Source of the DNA: Candidatus Poribacteria bacterium
GTDB taxonomy: Bacteria; Poribacteria; WGA-4E; WGA-3G
Assembly: GCA_965198235.1 (NCBI GenBank)
Contig: OZ240248.1
Span: 3,520,001-3,584,000 of the forward strand
DNA: 64,000 nucleotides
Reading direction: 5' to 3'
Part shown: positions 20,282 to 30,910 of the stretch, one piece after another
Numbering within the stretch: the stretch's first letter is position 1
Layout of the letters: each line of letters opens with the position of its first letter
Program-made: the position numbers and the translations under genes
The notes under the pieces: generated by a model
What the model was told of the DNA's origin: nothing
The model's input: the letters and a program-made list of their open reading frames with translations, nothing else
Database searches by the model: none

Positions 20282-22374
20282 TATGACTCCGCCTCCAATT
20301 CCTTAACATAAGCATCAATGCGTCTGAACTGCCACGCCCATTGTACGTTGTAGAGGAACTGCCGTAGGTCGAAGCGATTGTCGTCTGGCGAATAAGATTC
20401 AGCATGATAGGAAGGCGTTAGCGTTGTCATTTTGTGTCGATTGATGGAGTAGTACCGAAAGAACCGTTTGACCTTCTCGGCAACCTCATGGGGTGGCAGA
20501 TGGTCCCACTCTTGTACCAATTTTTCAAACATACTGACAGGACCGCACTGCTCCATTTTTCGGAGTTGCCCGAAACGACTCAATTCGGCGTAAGTCATCC
20601 CCATATCGTCTTCATCGGTTTGCGTATAGGTTTCGGTTATCGGTTCCAGCTCTGCTGTCGGTGGCGCGTCAACAATTTCCGAGAGAGCCGTATAACCGAG
20701 ATTGTGGTTAGCCCAATTCAGGAATCGACGTAAGTCGTGTTTGCTAATCCCACCGATCGGGTTGATGTCCCCGCTACTACAATCATATTTTGTGAGGTAG
20801 CCCCGCAACGCCTCGTCAACGTTTCCTGTGCCCAATACGAGGAGAGTGCCTTCCCGGTTCCGCACCCACGGAATCATTTGAGCAAACAGATAACTCAGCA
20901 CCATTCGCAACCTTGCTTGTATGTTCTGAAGTGCCTGATTCTCTCTGTAAGTGCCACCTTCAACCTTAAATCGGGGTGTCTTCTGCGTAATGCGGGTAAA
21001 GAGCGTCTGCAGCGCACTGACAAGTCCGTCCATATTGATGTTGAGATGGTCGGCACCGATCTGCTCGGCGAGCTGTTTCGCGCGTTTTTGGGTGTCGCGA
21101 GAACTATTCTCTGTGCCGATGTAGCACGTATACAGTAGACGATTAGCAAGTACACACGGATCCGTGAAAATGTCGGGAGTTTCACCGTCGTCCAGCCACC
21201 GCTCTACATCGCGAAGAACCGAAGCCTCTTTGTCGCGTATCGCTTTCGCTACCAATTGACACATTGAACCGACAAGCGTTGCAACGGCACCGCTGTCAGC
21301 ACCACCAGAAAGCGGGATGAAATACCCCGCCGCCCCAGATCGGCGTAGATAATCCCAGAGCCAGCAAGCCGGACCCAAAGCGATCTCTTCCTCCGGTTCA
21401 TGCGTGGACAGTTCGATTTTTCTGCTCACGTTCAGGACGCTATTCCCGTGTGCAGGTTCAAAATCAAAGTCAATATCTATCTGGGGCAACGGCTCCATTT
21501 TACTTGCCTGTACAGCCCGACTCGCCTTCGCGCCGCGATACGCACGCACGTCGTGAAGGTTCACTGTCGCGGTGACGACCTCTACATCTTTAAGCGAGAA
21601 TTGGGAACCTTGCGCTAAAATCTCGCCGTTTTGGGCGATCAACGCACAGCCGTCGAAATAGAGTCTACCGCCATCACATCCCTGCTGGTTGGCATAGAGA
21701 TAGACACCACCATTTTTCGCACTTGCGTTCCGAATGAGCGCGATGCGTGTATCCAATTTCCGTAACTCGTGATGAGAACCTGACCCGTTCGCTATGATTT
21801 CAACGCCGGCATTGCCGAAGTGTATATGTGGACTCATCGGCACAAAGAGTTCCTCACAGGTCTCCGATGCCAAGAGTGTATCGGCGGTGGCAATCGCCGC
21901 GATGCCGATAGGCACCGTCCGTTGTCCGGTCAGTTCGGCAATCTCGCGAGGAAGTGTATACGGTTCGGTGCTCCAACCCCGTTCCCATGCTGTAAACCAG
22001 CGATGTTCCCGATAATTACCGTCGCTCGCCATGACCATCTTGGGACGAATTAACAGCAGCTTGCCGTCTAATACGAAAACCCGACAGTTATACCGAACGT
22101 TTTGATGCATAACAGGCATCCCAATGTCACACAGAATGCCATCTGTCCGTCCGCCTTTGAGGATACATGCCAGCGATTCCCAACTGTGTAGAAGCGTGTC
22201 CAATTCCAGAAAATGGTCTTCGCAGGAATACCCCGTAATCTCCAATTCCGGTCCCAACCGATACCGAGCCCCGCGTTCTTTCGCAATCTCTATGGATTCA
22301 ATGATGCGCGCAGCGTTCCCTTCAAAATCGAGACTCCATTGATTCAGGTTGCACGTTGCGAGGACTGCTTTCAT
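20281..22374 (-). CDS. nadE: Glutamine-dependent NAD+ synthetase, eukaryotic (NADSYN1/Qns1) type
   Basis: Nitrilase domain (GPELE, RPK, ETCEE) plus synthetase domain (PLSGGADS, QNIQARLRM, TKYDCSS.DINPIGG, PTAELEP, NRHK). Confidence 0.95.
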   Translation of the reverse strand: MKAVLATCNLNQWSLDFEGNAARIIESIEIAKERGARYRLGPELEITGYSCEDHFLELDTLLHSWESLACILKGGRTDGILCDIGMPVMHQNVRYNCRVFVLDGKLLLIRPKMVMASDGNYREHRWFTAWERGWSTEPYTLPREIAELTGQRTVPIGIAAIATADTLLASETCEELFVPMSPHIHFGNAGVEIIANGSGSHHELRKLDTRIALIRNASAKNGGVYLYANQQGCDGGRLYFDGCALIAQNGEILAQGSQFSLKDVEVVTATVNLHDVRAYRGAKASRAVQASKMEPLPQIDIDFDFEPAHGNSVLNVSRKIELSTHEPEEEIALGPACWLWDYLRRSGAAGYFIPLSGGADSGAVATLVGSMCQLVAKAIRDKEASVLRDVERWLDDGETPDIFTDPCVLANRLLYTCYIGTENSSRDTQKRAKQLAEQIGADHLNINMDGLVSALQTLFTRITQKTPRFKVEGGTYRENQALQNIQARLRMVLSYLFAQMIPWVRNREGTLLVLGTGNVDEALRGYLTKYDCSSGDINPIGGISKHDLRRFLNWANHNLGYTALSEIVDAPPTAELEPITETYTQTDEDDMGMTYAELSRFGQLRKMEQCGPVSMFEKLVQEWDHLPPHEVAEKVKRFFRYYSINRHKMTTLTPSYHAESYSPDDNRFDLRQFLYNVQWAWQFRRIDAYVKELEAES

Positions 22375-22385
22375 CGAAAATACCC

Positions 22386-23387
22386 CTAATCTCGGACTTT
22401 CACGCGTCCCCAGACCGTTGTCAACAGATGCGGTTGGGGTGAGACCGGCAGTGCAAACGCTGGATCAAACCAATCCGCACCATAATTCTCGCCTCTGTCC
22501 GTGAGTTGTTCGGATATACCCCCGGCTAAGGCAACTTTGAAGAGTTGCCTTCCGTTACGGGTTTCCTTGTGGTAGACGAGAGCATTGCCCTGGGGTGCCA
22601 AAGCCGGATACGATCCCGTACCATCCACTTTAACCTTACGCGGTTTCCCGTTCCCCTTGCGATTTACAATATAGAGTCTCATTGCATGCACCGGTACAAG
22701 ATCATCCACGCTTATACCGGAAAAGACGAATTTGGTGCCATCAGGTGTCCATGTAGGATGAAACATCAAAGGAAATCCGTCTGGCGAGATTTGCTCTTTT
22801 GCATTGGTTTGCACGTTAACAATCTCAATTCTGGGTTTGGCTATCTGTATGCCCTCAAACCCGTCATTGATAGGTATGAGCGTCTCGGCAGAGATGAAAG
22901 CGATTTCAGAACCATCTGATGCCCACGCAGGATGCATACCGATTGCTATCCTTTTCTCAGCCCCATCATTAATTGAGGCTGTGTAGATAGCCACCTCACC
23001 CCTATCGACCCGATAGTAGGCGATCTGTTCGCCATCGGGCGACCATGTCGGATGATTCCGCATCATTTTTTTGCCAAAAACGCGTCGAACACTCTCACCA
23101 TCCGCGTCCATCACGTAGAGGTCTGAAATATTTCCGGCGCGATCGGAGGCAAACAGAATCTGTTTGCCTGTCGGTGACCAGACTGGGGAGTAATCGTTCC
23201 CGCGATGATGGGTTAAATTCATCTGTCCACTGCCATCGGGATTCATAATGTAAATTTCAGAATTGCCGTCCCGGTTCGATACAAACGCAATTTTATCTGT
23301 TGCGGGCACCTGTGCGGAAACCAGTATAACAGGCTCAAAAACGAACAGACCGAGCCCACAAACAAGAACAAAACAGATAAATTTCAT
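22386..23387 (-). CDS. Secreted TolB-like (PD40 beta-propeller) protein with conserved C-terminal tail
   Basis: Signal peptide; [14 protein letters not shown], PxWSPDG repeats; tail [17 protein letters not shown]; AAGGAG RBS. Confidence 0.85.
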   Translation of the reverse strand: MKFICFVLVCGLGLFVFEPVILVSAQVPATDKIAFVSNRDGNSEIYIMNPDGSGQMNLTHHRGNDYSPVWSPTGKQILFASDRAGNISDLYVMDADGESVRRVFGKKMMRNHPTWSPDGEQIAYYRVDRGEVAIYTASINDGAEKRIAIGMHPAWASDGSEIAFISAETLIPINDGFEGIQIAKPRIEIVNVQTNAKEQISPDGFPLMFHPTWTPDGTKFVFSGISVDDLVPVHAMRLYIVNRKGNGKPRKVKVDGTGSYPALAPQGNALVYHKETRNGRQLFKVALAGGISEQLTDRGENYGADWFDPAFALPVSPQPHLLTTVWGRVKVRD

Positions 23388-23427
23388 TGTAAACTCCTTA
23401 TGTTTTATCCTCACAGAGCGTTGAAAG

Positions 23428-24744
23428 TTATGTTTTCTGTGGTTTCTTTCGCGCCGCTGGAAACAGTATATTGTTCAGTATCAATCTATAACCGGGAGAA
23501 TGTTTATGCAAATCGAGGTTCGTCGGGATCTTTCCTTCGCCGACAAGATGACGGTAATCCTCCGGATCGTGTCCGCCGAGGAACGTAAAGGTTCCCTTCC
23601 CTAACTTGCCGTGGATGTATTTTGCGTAATTGCTACCTTCTACCTGCCCTAAAATTGTGACAGAACCGCGAATCTTGTCCATATTAAACGATGTCGTCTG
23701 TCCGAGATACCCCGGTACAACGCTTACATGATTCTGCGTGAGCATCGTCGGAATCGGGTCGTGCTTTGCGGCGAATTCAAAGAGTTTGAAATTCTCAACC
23801 CCGCTCTGTGCGTCCCGATCGGGATTCGGGTTGTCTATGTCTGAGAATTCGTATCGGTATGGGTTCGTGTGAAGGCTAAAATTTTCAAATGCCAAAGTGC
23901 GCTGAAAGTCGAGTCGCGTCTCGGCATCCGAATCAATCGGTGTCCCATCCAATTCAGGAGCGACGATATCGACTGCACCACCGCGTGCCGCCAAAGCAAT
24001 GTCGAGGGTTTCTGGGGCAGAACACATTGCGAAGATAAATCCACCATTGACGATATAGTCTGCGATCATCCGTGCAGTCTGACCTTTATGCTGCGCAACC
24101 CGCCGAAATCCTGCGTCTGTGGCGGCTTTTTCAAATATCAGCATCCGCTGTTGATACCAGACCTGAGCGGAAAATGCGGCGTGGAATTTGCCGTGCTGAC
24201 CTGTAAAGTCTTCGTGGTGGAGGTGTAGCCAGTCGTAGCCCTCAATCTCTAACACGCCACTTTGGACCTCTTTGTCCCAGATTTCGTCGTAGGGGATTTG
24301 TGCGTAATCCAAGGCGATTTTGACTGCGTCGTCCCAAGGGTCTCGGTAGGGTGATGCCTCTGATGGCGCATACACAGCGATTTTGGGAGCTTTTTCCAAT
24401 AGAATCTCGTCCATGTTACTACCGTCAAGGACGGATTCCTTTATGCTGAGGTAATCGGCGTGGTTCATCGGTTTGAAGCGCACACCCATCAATGCCGCAC
24501 GCATCCGCACGTCTTGCGAGTCCGGCAAGACGAACGCGCCACCGCGATAGTTCAGCCACCAGTAGCATTGGTACTCACGCGGCACCTCTAATGCCCAGTA
24601 CGTCAAACCGTAAGCCTTCAGATGATTGGTTTGTGCCCCGATCTCCATCGGTATCAGAAGCCATTCCGCCGCAGCTATGTTTACTGTAATAACGGACAGT
24701 ATTAATATAAAAACTGAGATTTTCAAACTATTCAATCTGGTCAC
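23428..24744 (-). CDS. Conserved secreted hypothetical protein (family often labelled 'asparagine synthetase B')
   Basis: [53 protein letters not shown]; the GTG start at 24744 is inferred. Confidence 0.7.
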   Translation of the reverse strand: MTRLNSLKISVFILILSVITVNIAAAEWLLIPMEIGAQTNHLKAYGLTYWALEVPREYQCYWWLNYRGGAFVLPDSQDVRMRAALMGVRFKPMNHADYLSIKESVLDGSNMDEILLEKAPKIAVYAPSEASPYRDPWDDAVKIALDYAQIPYDEIWDKEVQSGVLEIEGYDWLHLHHEDFTGQHGKFHAAFSAQVWYQQRMLIFEKAATDAGFRRVAQHKGQTARMIADYIVNGGFIFAMCSAPETLDIALAARGGAVDIVAPELDGTPIDSDAETRLDFQRTLAFENFSLHTNPYRYEFSDIDNPNPDRDAQSGVENFKLFEFAAKHDPIPTMLTQNHVSVVPGYLGQTTSFNMDKIRGSVTILGQVEGSNYAKYIHGKLGKGTFTFLGGHDPEDYRHLVGEGKIPTNLDLHKHSPGYRLILNNILFPAARKKPQKT

Positions 24745-24760
24745 CGTTTTTCCCGAGAAA

Positions 24761-24847
24761 ATCGGGGTTCCAAACCCCTTCCACAAAAGAATCTGTCCTG
24801 CCTGAAAACATCGGGGTTCCAAACCCCTCCCACAAAAGAATCTGTCC
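24761..24847 (-). repeat. Two direct copies (49-bp period) of a GTGG/GTAG-type REP
   Basis: ATCGGGGTTCCAAACCCCT(T/C)CCACAAAAGAATCTGTCC at 24761 and 24810. Confidence 0.8.
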
Positions 24848-24903
24848 AGTCTTGGCGAGAACCTGCCTGAAACGAAGTGGAAGGCAGTCAAGAATCGAAT
24901 TAT

Positions 24904-27543
24904 TTAAAAACCTAAAACTGCGGGTTCGTGCCCAAACACGACCTGACCGTTGGACATCAACGGTGCCTCGGTCGTTTCAGGATTTTCCGTATCAATCTGC
25001 CAGAGTTGCCCGTTATTCTCATACAGGACCCAGCGTCCCTCCGGCGGTATCCATACCGGATGCGAGCCACCTTTTTGCGTTAACTGCCGCTCCGTCGGCA
25101 TACCCTCATCTGAGTAGGTGGTGAGCCAAATCTGTTGATAGGTGCCTTCTGTTCGCGTGAACGCCAACTGGTTCGGATTCGCGGGTGACCATGTCGGTTC
25201 CGCATCATCAGCAGGAGATACGACAATCGGTTCCACACTTGTTGTCACTTGGTCAAAAGCGTAAATGTTCCGGTTTTGTCCCGCGTCGTCCGGATTTTCG
25301 ATTGTTCCGGCTGTGACGTAAGCAAGCACTGTACCATCGCTGTTCCATGCAGGTGTGAAACTCTGTAGTGCCGTTGATGGCACAATAAACTCGGATTCGG
25401 TCGGAATATGTCGGACGACAACGCGACTCCGATTTCCATACTCAGGACGTGCATAGGCAACATATTCCGCATCGGGTGATATTGCCACATCTCTTGCCAT
25501 CTGTCGGCTGTCAAGTAACAGAGCACCGTTGAGTTGCTCACGACTCCGAACAATAACGTTTCCTTCCGTATCCTGAAAGATAAGTGTGCCATCGTTGGCG
25601 ACGGTTGGGTTATGCCCGACACCCAATGGCGCGTTGCTACCATCCGGGGTAAGTCCCCAGATTATATCGTCATAGGCAAAGTAGATATGCGCTGGTAATT
25701 GTTTTGGGGTAGGTGCCTCTTCTGAAATGATGCCTGCTTTCGGAGTAAAACGCTCTTCATTACCGAATTCCCAGCCTGCCCCGTTGGCTCGCCAGAGAAA
25801 ACCGATGCCCTTTGTCCAATATTTCCACTCTTCGTTCATGCGTCCATTACGGGTGAGCCTAAAGATATCTTCAGGTTCACCGTACTGTTTTTTGATTTCC
25901 CAACGTCCACCGTTCTCAATTTCTGCCATGTTCCCCTTTTCGTCGATGTAACTGGCAAGAATGTCGATATCAATATGTGCTGTTGTCTGTCCCGGAAACA
26001 CATTGACCGCAGTGGGTTCACCCCGCGCCGGACGACGCGTGCCGTATATTCCAACCCCATCGGTGATTCCCGTTGTTCCGTCATTGTTTGCGTCCATCAC
26101 CGCCATAACATAGTAGATACCCGGTAGGACGCTAACTTGATAACTACCGTCTCCCACCAGAGAAATTGGCATGGCGATCGGTGCGCTGAAATCAGGGCTA
26201 TAAGAGAGGATCAAAATTCCTTGTTGAACGGAATGTCCATCCCACATTATTCGTCCTGCGATCCTGCCTTGTTCGATGTGTGCTTCGATGCCGGGAGGGG
26301 CAGCGTGAAGATGTCCATTCGTGTCGTAACGCGCACTTATCACAAGTTCGATGTCGAGGTTCTCGCCTTCCCTAAGTACTATCGGAGCCGGCGGCTGTGT
26401 CGTGATGTCCACTGTCCCATAACCGCCCAAGCCGTCGCCATCACTGTATCTACCGTCTTTATTTGCATCGAAGTTAACGATAACGTAGTATTCTCCCGAT
26501 GGAAGCGCGATGCGGAATATACCGCCAGCCGCGGTTTCTCCGCTCGCAATCGGCGTGACCAAAGCCGATTCGGCGTATACTTCAACGCGTGCGGTTGCAT
26601 CTTCAGGAAGCGATACGTGCCCCGTCAGTATACTCGTATTTTCGGTCGATGTCTTTCTACGTGTCTGATAGGTCGCTGTAATCGCTATCTCAATATCTTC
26701 GGTGAACTTGTTCAGCGAGATTAGCACGGGCTCAGGAAATTCACCCCGCTTCCGCATATCTTCCACACCGTAGAACCCAAAGTCATCGCCTGTATCCAAT
26801 TTGTTCGTGTTGTTGTTGTCGACAATTGCCATCAGGTAGTACTTCCCGGGCAGTAGATTGAGTGTCCATGTCCCCGCGTCCGTCACTGGGGCGATACCGG
26901 CGCGATATTTCCACGATAGATCCGTATACGCGAGAATCAATGCTTTTCGGTTTCCAAGCGGAGCTTGAGGATTCACAGGACCTTGACCGACCCTGAGTGT
27001 GCCTTGGCACCCAGATGTCACGGTCCGCAAAGCCGTCTGGAATTGTTGTAATTGACTCGGTTCATATTGAGAAGTTGGAACGATTTTGAGGTTCCCGTTA
27101 ATGAATGTCGCGCGCGCCGTTATCGGAATCTCTAAACCCCGAATCTTCTGTCCGTTATCTACCTCGATTAACTCATACTTTTGCTCCTTGTCGTTCCAAT
27201 CGGAGATACCGAGGATACCCAAGCCGTCGCCCGCATCGAAGTTTCCCGATTTATCCACATCAACGTAGGCAACGATATAGTAGCGACCCGGTTCAACGCG
27301 GATCGTGAATTGTCCATCACCGAGTTGTGGTATCCCGCTGGTATACAACTCTTTGAGTTCCTCATCTCGGTAGACCGACACGCTCGTGTGGGATAGGTCC
27401 TGTCCTTCCCAAGTAACACTTCCTGATAGGGTCGCTGTCATCCTTCTGGTGGCGGCGTTTTCTTGGGCAGAAAGTTTCTGACAGAAAACCTCACCGATAA
27501 GCCCAATGCTGATGACGAGTAGTAACGGCATCAATCGTTTCAT
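24904..27543 (-). CDS. Secreted multidomain protein: four beta-sandwich repeats with DxNxxG loops plus C-terminal TolB-like propeller
   Basis: Signal peptide; four P(G/S)xYY..D.[ND].. repeats; ISPD, PAWNSDG, PTWSP and PVW motifs. Confidence 0.7.
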   Translation of the reverse strand: MKRLMPLLLVISIGLIGEVFCQKLSAQENAATRRMTATLSGSVTWEGQDLSHTSVSVYRDEELKELYTSGIPQLGDGQFTIRVEPGRYYIVAYVDVDKSGNFDAGDGLGILGISDWNDKEQKYELIEVDNGQKIRGLEIPITARATFINGNLKIVPTSQYEPSQLQQFQTALRTVTSGCQGTLRVGQGPVNPQAPLGNRKALILAYTDLSWKYRAGIAPVTDAGTWTLNLLPGKYYLMAIVDNNNTNKLDTGDDFGFYGVEDMRKRGEFPEPVLISLNKFTEDIEIAITATYQTRRKTSTENTSILTGHVSLPEDATARVEVYAESALVTPIASGETAAGGIFRIALPSGEYYVIVNFDANKDGRYSDGDGLGGYGTVDITTQPPAPIVLREGENLDIELVISARYDTNGHLHAAPPGIEAHIEQGRIAGRIMWDGHSVQQGILILSYSPDFSAPIAMPISLVGDGSYQVSVLPGIYYVMAVMDANNDGTTGITDGVGIYGTRRPARGEPTAVNVFPGQTTAHIDIDILASYIDEKGNMAEIENGGRWEIKKQYGEPEDIFRLTRNGRMNEEWKYWTKGIGFLWRANGAGWEFGNEERFTPKAGIISEEAPTPKQLPAHIYFAYDDIIWGLTPDGSNAPLGVGHNPTVANDGTLIFQDTEGNVIVRSREQLNGALLLDSRQMARDVAISPDAEYVAYARPEYGNRSRVVVRHIPTESEFIVPSTALQSFTPAWNSDGTVLAYVTAGTIENPDDAGQNRNIYAFDQVTTSVEPIVVSPADDAEPTWSPANPNQLAFTRTEGTYQQIWLTTYSDEGMPTERQLTQKGGSHPVWIPPEGRWVLYENNGQLWQIDTENPETTEAPLMSNGQVVFGHEPAVLGF

Positions 27544-27656
27544 TTTTTATTCCTATACACCTGTTTCTTCTGTGTTGCTATTATAATGTTATTTTCAAAT
27601 TGTGGATAAAACGGTTTGGATTGCGGATCCCCTTGCTGACAGAAAGCCCTCTTCCT

Positions 27657-28198
27657 GTAGGAGCGAGCTCCAGCTCGCGATTATTCTTATCTTAGATGAT
27701 TATATGGTAACATACGCGGGCATAATTTGCAAGTGGCGAATATTTCCGTTGCAAAGCCGTTCAGTTCTTCCTTAATTTCGAGCTGCTGCTGGGCAAGTAC
27801 TTTGCTGTCAGAACACCTGTCAATCGCGACCGGTGGGACGGAACTCCAATTCCTGACTTGTAGGAGCGAGCTGTGCTCGCGATTCTCGCCGACTGCCGAC
27901 TGCGGACTGTTATTATAGGAGTGATCTCCGATTCCCGATTCTTACTGACGCTAATACAGTTTACCAAAAGTTTAGACGTTTGTAGTAGGATGATTGATCG
28001 CTCGTCAATTACAGGTAGTTGACGGTTTCCGATTGCTGATGGAGACGCTGCTGACAACTGATAACTCTCACTGTGAGGCAAACTAATAGCCTTAGGGCTA
28101 TTCAGTTTTCGGAAACCTTCTGTCGGTTCTGTGGCATAAATCGCGACCGGGAGGTCGCTCCTACAGCACGGTATCGGGATTTGGATATCCTTCCTACA
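27657..28198. repeat. Cluster of GTAG-type REP palindromes and heptamer tandem repeats
   Basis: GTAGGAGCGAGCTCCAGCTCGCGA (27657), GTAGGAGCGAGCTGTGCTCGCGA (27860), inverted copies ending CCTACA (28141-28198). Confidence 0.7.
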
Positions 28199-28236
28199 GA
28201 AAAACTAAATGGCTCTACTAACAACCAAAATAACAT

Positions 28237-28265
28237 TTGCTTTTGCCCCAAATATATGTTATAAT
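28237..28265 (+). promoter_or_regulatory. Sigma70-type promoter
   Basis: TTGCTT-17 bp-TATAAT with TG extension. Confidence 0.55.
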
Positions 28266-28370
28266 ACTTTATAATTTACCTGTGCGGGTAGAAGCATAAT
28301 CTGTTTCCTGTTCTCAAGAGAATCTGCCCGTTTGAAACCTCAATTTGAATCTAAAGAGGAGCGATTGACC

Positions 28371-29138
28371 ATGAGAGTAAAAGTGTATTATATCTGTGCT
28401 GTCCTGCTGATGTTGAGCCTATCGACACCTGCAGTCTTCGCACAGGACGCGCAAGAAGAACATCTGGTTGGATGGTGGCTATTTGATAACCTCAAAGAGG
28501 AAACAGGCAACTGGGGAGATATTGAGCTCCAAGGTGCCAAAATTGAGAAGGGACAACTGGTTGTTGAAACCGGGAAATGGGCACATGCCCCTGAGTACGA
28601 AGGTCCCGATATCACGGAATTGACATTGGCGACCTGGGTCAGTTTGGACGACTACGCCAAGACGAATGGCTCTGCACTCACGCTGGATAAACTCAGCAAA
28701 GACCAGTTTCGCGCAATCGTCTGGGCTGAAAGGGTGGATAAACAATGGATGCCTGGGAGCAGCCATTTCCGACACACGAATGATTTCCCCGACGCAGTCA
28801 CTGAAAAGGAAACGGGCGAACTTGTTTTCCTTGTCATCACTTACAGGGATGCCAAAAACAATACCGAGATCACCGGCTACCGTAATGGCGTGAACCTTGG
28901 TAGTTTTGAAAAGGAACCCGTTGAAACCTGGCCGGCAGATGATGCTGAAGCAATTTGGGGGAAGCGGCACGTAAACGGACTTAATGGTCCCGGTGAACTT
29001 AATGCGCACATTGACGAATCCCGAATTTACAACGTCGCGTTGACAGAGGATGAAGTCCAAAGCCTGGAAGCAGGAACGCTTTCAGTCGAACCCCAGGGTA
29101 AACTCACTACTCAGTGGGCAAAGCTTAAAGTGAAATAA
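28371..29138 (+). CDS. Secreted LamG-like jelly-roll protein (paralogue 1)
   Basis: Signal peptide, LVGWWLFD, IDESRIYNVALT, tail SVEPQGKLTTQWAKLK. Confidence 0.8.
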   Translation: MRVKVYYICAVLLMLSLSTPAVFAQDAQEEHLVGWWLFDNLKEETGNWGDIELQGAKIEKGQLVVETGKWAHAPEYEGPDITELTLATWVSLDDYAKTNGSALTLDKLSKDQFRAIVWAERVDKQWMPGSSHFRHTNDFPDAVTEKETGELVFLVITYRDAKNNTEITGYRNGVNLGSFEKEPVETWPADDAEAIWGKRHVNGLNGPGELNAHIDESRIYNVALTEDEVQSLEAGTLSVEPQGKLTTQWAKLKVK

Positions 29139-29147
29139 GTTTTGATT

Positions 29148-29181
29148 ATAGGGCGAAACCCAAGTGGATTCGCCCTATTTT
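29148..29181 (+). terminator. Intrinsic terminator-like hairpin
   Basis: ATAGGGCGAA...TTCGCCCTAT followed by TTT; identical copy after paralogue 2. Confidence 0.65.
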
Positions 29182-29255
29182 AGATTAGGTTACCGGCCTT
29201 GAGGGAATCTGCCCGTTTGAAACCTCAACTTGAACCTAAAAAGGAGCAATTGACA

Positions 29256-30023
29256 ATGAGAGTAAAAGTGTATTATATCTGTGCTGTCCTGCTGATGTTG
29301 AGTCTATCAACACCCGCAGTCTTCGCACAAGACGCTCAAGCGGATAAGCTGCTTGGGTGGTGGTTATTTGATAGCGAAAAAGACGAGATCGGGAACTGGG
29401 ACGATATAGCTCTCCACGGTGCTGAACTCGAAGACGGTCAGCTGATTGTTGAGACCGGGAAATGGGCACACGCACTTGAATACAGCGGTCCCGATATCGA
29501 AGAGAAAACCCTGATGACATGGGTTGCTCTGGACAATCTCGCCGCAACGAAAGGCTCAGCACTCACGTTAGATAAAGCCACAGAGGACCAATTTAACGCG
29601 GTTGTCTATGCCGAACGCCAACCGAATCAATGGATGTCCGGAAGCAGTTGGTTCCATCGCACTGAGGATTTCCCAAAAGCGCACAACGAGAAGAAAGAGG
29701 GCGAAATGGTCTATTTAGCCTTCACTTACGAAGATAAGGGTGGAAGTTACAAGATAACTGGCTACCGAAACGGCAAGAGCCTTGGTAGTTATGAGAAGGG
29801 CGAAATTAAGACCTGGCCCACAGATGATGCCGAAGCAATTTGGGGAAAACGGCATACAAATGGGCTTGGTGGTCCCGGAGATCTCAACGCACACATTGAA
29901 GAATCCCGAATTTACTCCGTTGCGTTGACTGAAGCTGAAGTTAACGACATGGAAATCGGGACGCTTTCAGTTGACCCCAAAGGCAAACTCGCTACACAGT
30001 GGGCAAGGCTTAAAGCGAAATAA
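29256..30023 (+). CDS. Secreted LamG-like jelly-roll protein (paralogue 2)
   Basis: Signal peptide identical to paralogue 1, IEESRIYSVALT, tail SVDPKGKLATQWARLK. Confidence 0.8.
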   Translation: MRVKVYYICAVLLMLSLSTPAVFAQDAQADKLLGWWLFDSEKDEIGNWDDIALHGAELEDGQLIVETGKWAHALEYSGPDIEEKTLMTWVALDNLAATKGSALTLDKATEDQFNAVVYAERQPNQWMSGSSWFHRTEDFPKAHNEKKEGEMVYLAFTYEDKGGSYKITGYRNGKSLGSYEKGEIKTWPTDDAEAIWGKRHTNGLGGPGDLNAHIEESRIYSVALTEAEVNDMEIGTLSVDPKGKLATQWARLKAK

Positions 30024-30033
30024 GTGCTTAATT

Positions 30034-30067
30034 ATAGGGCGAAACCCAAGTGGATTCGCCCTATTTT
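30034..30067 (+). terminator. Intrinsic terminator-like hairpin (duplicate copy)
   Basis: Same sequence as 29148-29181. Confidence 0.65.
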
Positions 30068-30106
30068 AGATTAGGTTACCGGTAGTTTCTGACCGTGATG
30101 GACGTT

Positions 30107-30781
30107 ATGAAAAGCCGACTCACACTACTTCTGATGTGCATCAGTATCTATGCCGTTCCTCTTGCGACTGCTGAAGAGCACGTTTGGACATTTGACGACG
30201 ATGCGCACGATTGGATACCCGCGAACGGCAGCTGGGAAGTAGAAGAAGGCATCTATAAACAAACAATGCGCTGGGGTGAAGCACAGAAAGCATTAGTTAA
30301 CGGGGCAGTGTGGACAGACCACATGCTGGAAGCAAAGGTCCGTGTTGATGACGGACACTGGGGTGGTATCGTTTTCCGAGCACAAAATGAATTTGAGTAC
30401 TATGTGTACCTCATCTGCCCGAAAGAGAACAAGTCTGAATTGTGGCGACACCGGCGTAGTGCCGCCTTTAAAGACGGGTTTGAAGAGCGCGATGAAATCG
30501 AACACGACATTGAACCTATCGGGCTTACGATTACGCGCAACGAGTGGTTCACACTCCGCGTCGTCGTTGAAGGCAGTCGTATCGCAGTTGCTATTAACGA
30601 TATAGAACAGGGTGTCTTTTTTGATGACGCATATCTCTTTGGAAAAGTCGGTGTTTGGACGTGGGATACACAAGCCAGTTTTGATGATGTCACTGTGAAT
30701 GGCTCCACGACTGCCTCCCTTACGGCAATTGAACCCAGAGAGAAACTCGCGGTGTCGTGGGCAGCGTTAAAAAGAAAATAA
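30107..30781 (+). CDS. Secreted DUF1080 / 3-keto-disaccharide hydrolase-like protein
   Basis: Signal peptide, GIVFRAQ, WFTLRVVVEG, GKVG..FDDV; tail AIEPREKLAVSWAALK; start could be 30095-30107. Confidence 0.75.
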   Translation: MKSRLTLLLMCISIYAVPLATAEEHVWTFDDDAHDWIPANGSWEVEEGIYKQTMRWGEAQKALVNGAVWTDHMLEAKVRVDDGHWGGIVFRAQNEFEYYVYLICPKENKSELWRHRRSAAFKDGFEERDEIEHDIEPIGLTITRNEWFTLRVVVEGSRIAVAINDIEQGVFFDDAYLFGKVGVWTWDTQASFDDVTVNGSTTASLTAIEPREKLAVSWAALKRK

Positions 30782-30910
30782 AGCACGCATCCCTAAAATC
30801 AAATGAACGTCCCTAACGTCAGTCCAATAACGTGAATTCAATAATAACAGGACTTACGCAAATTGAACAGAATCTCAACGCGTTTTTCAGGCGCACATAG
30901 GAGGAATTTC

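Noticed and set aside
23428-24744. True asparagine synthetase B
   Set aside because: No N-terminal Cys glutaminase domain or SGGLDS motif, and it has a signal peptide
24761-24847. Possible mini CRISPR array
   Set aside because: Only two copies with an 11-bp spacer, REP-like palindrome, and no cas genes
24745-24891. N-terminal extension of ORF 23428-24891
   Set aside because: It runs through two REP copies; a signal peptide follows the GTG at 24744
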